Positions 42,023-42,806 of a stretch of 42,806 bases of DNA are shown piece after piece (the first letter of the stretch is position 1; each line of letters starts with the position of its first letter). The notes below the pieces were generated by a model that ran no database searches, was not told the origin of the DNA, and saw only the letters and a program-made list of their open reading frames with translations. Location: positions 1-42,806 of the forward strand of contig JBKSNA010000049.1 of assembly GCA_046882085.1 (NCBI GenBank), in the 5' to 3' direction. This DNA is from Clostridia bacterium (GTDB lineage: Bacteria > Bacillota > Clostridia > Christensenellales > UBA1242). Made by a program: the position numbers and the translations under genes.

Positions 42023-42718
42023 GTGAGCATGAGTACTATTCAAGAATTAATACCATTCAATAATGCCTGTGATGAATTTATCGCCGGCAAATATATCCTA
42101 GTAGACATTAAGATCGGATCTATTCTTAATATTATTAACAATGATGAGAAATTAAAATCTATCATTTCTGATAGTCTATCCAATTATGATTTTAATACTA
42201 AACTAAAAGAATTTATCGTAGACACAGATAATGGATATCGCCTATCCATGCCTGCTAATGATGATGAAATTATTGCATTTGTTTATTGTCTACTAACTAA
42301 TTTTAAGAAGAACGACATTGACTTTTACCAATTCTTATCTAAATTCTACAATAAGGAAGATGAGATAAATAATAAAGACTTCAATAACTTCGCGTCAATG
42401 ATTATTACTCCATTCAAGAATGCAATCAATTCACTCTACTCTAGACGTCATGTATTAATAAATTCTGACGACTATCAAGATAATTATTATAATAAAATTA
42501 AGACCACTATTCACTTAATTGTGGATAATATCGATAATTTCAAGTTGAAACTTAATGAGAAAGAAGAATTTTCTATGCTTCTAAATTCTCTATACTTAGC
42601 TAGTGAGAAAAATGATAAGAAACTTGTCTTCTCTCTTATGATAGGCCTAGATTACTTTACCAAGTGCAATAAAAAAGCACGCAACGCATACCTATCTTTA
42701 GAAGAATGTTTTGAGTAA
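42023..42718 (+). CDS. hypothetical helical protein (start 42023 GTG or 42029 ATG)
   Basis: 231-codon ORF, GAGGTG RBS, TTGCGT-18-TATAAT upstream. Confidence 0.8.
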   Translation: MSMSTIQELIPFNNACDEFIAGKYILVDIKIGSILNIINNDEKLKSIISDSLSNYDFNTKLKEFIVDTDNGYRLSMPANDDEIIAFVYCLLTNFKKNDIDFYQFLSKFYNKEDEINNKDFNNFASMIITPFKNAINSLYSRRHVLINSDDYQDNYYNKIKTTIHLIVDNIDNFKLKLNEKEEFSMLLNSLYLASEKNDKKLVFSLMIGLDYFTKCNKKARNAYLSLEECFE

Positions 42719-42806
42719 TATGTATCTTAAAATTGCAACTAATCATTAAATTTTGAAATTTTACAAAGTTTTTAGTGAAAATATGTTGCAATTTTATTTT
42801 TTATCA

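Overview
AT-rich chromosomal backbone of a Firmicute, most likely a streamlined spore-forming Clostridia-type lineage (inferred from gene order, ylbJ and sigma-A-type promoters). Almost everything lies on the minus strand: infC-rpmI-rplT with an L20 leader, a divergent MetRS, a two-domain ThyX, rplS with an L19 leader, smc-ftsY-ylxM-ffh / rpsP-khpA-rimM-trmD-rbgA-rnhB-yraN, pcrA-ligA, rpoZ-priA-def-fmt-rlmN-rpe-rsmE-mtaB-HIT-rpsU, and pta-ackA-rpmF-plsX-rnc. I found no rRNA, tRNA, CRISPR, transposase or integrase. The unexplained signals sit between core genes: (1) a leaderless 16-aa uORF with five consecutive Gln codons followed by terminator hairpins upstream of an atypical MetRS, a candidate ribosome-dependent attenuator; (2) six soluble orphan genes inserted singly, five with their own sigma-70/A-type promoter and two split by single-base frameshifts, one of them at an A_AAA_AAA heptamer; (3) REP-like palindromic repeats with apparently swapped arms next to two orphans; (4) a ~190-nt multi-hairpin leader upstream of rpsP. 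All calls are by-eye motif recognition; no searches were run.
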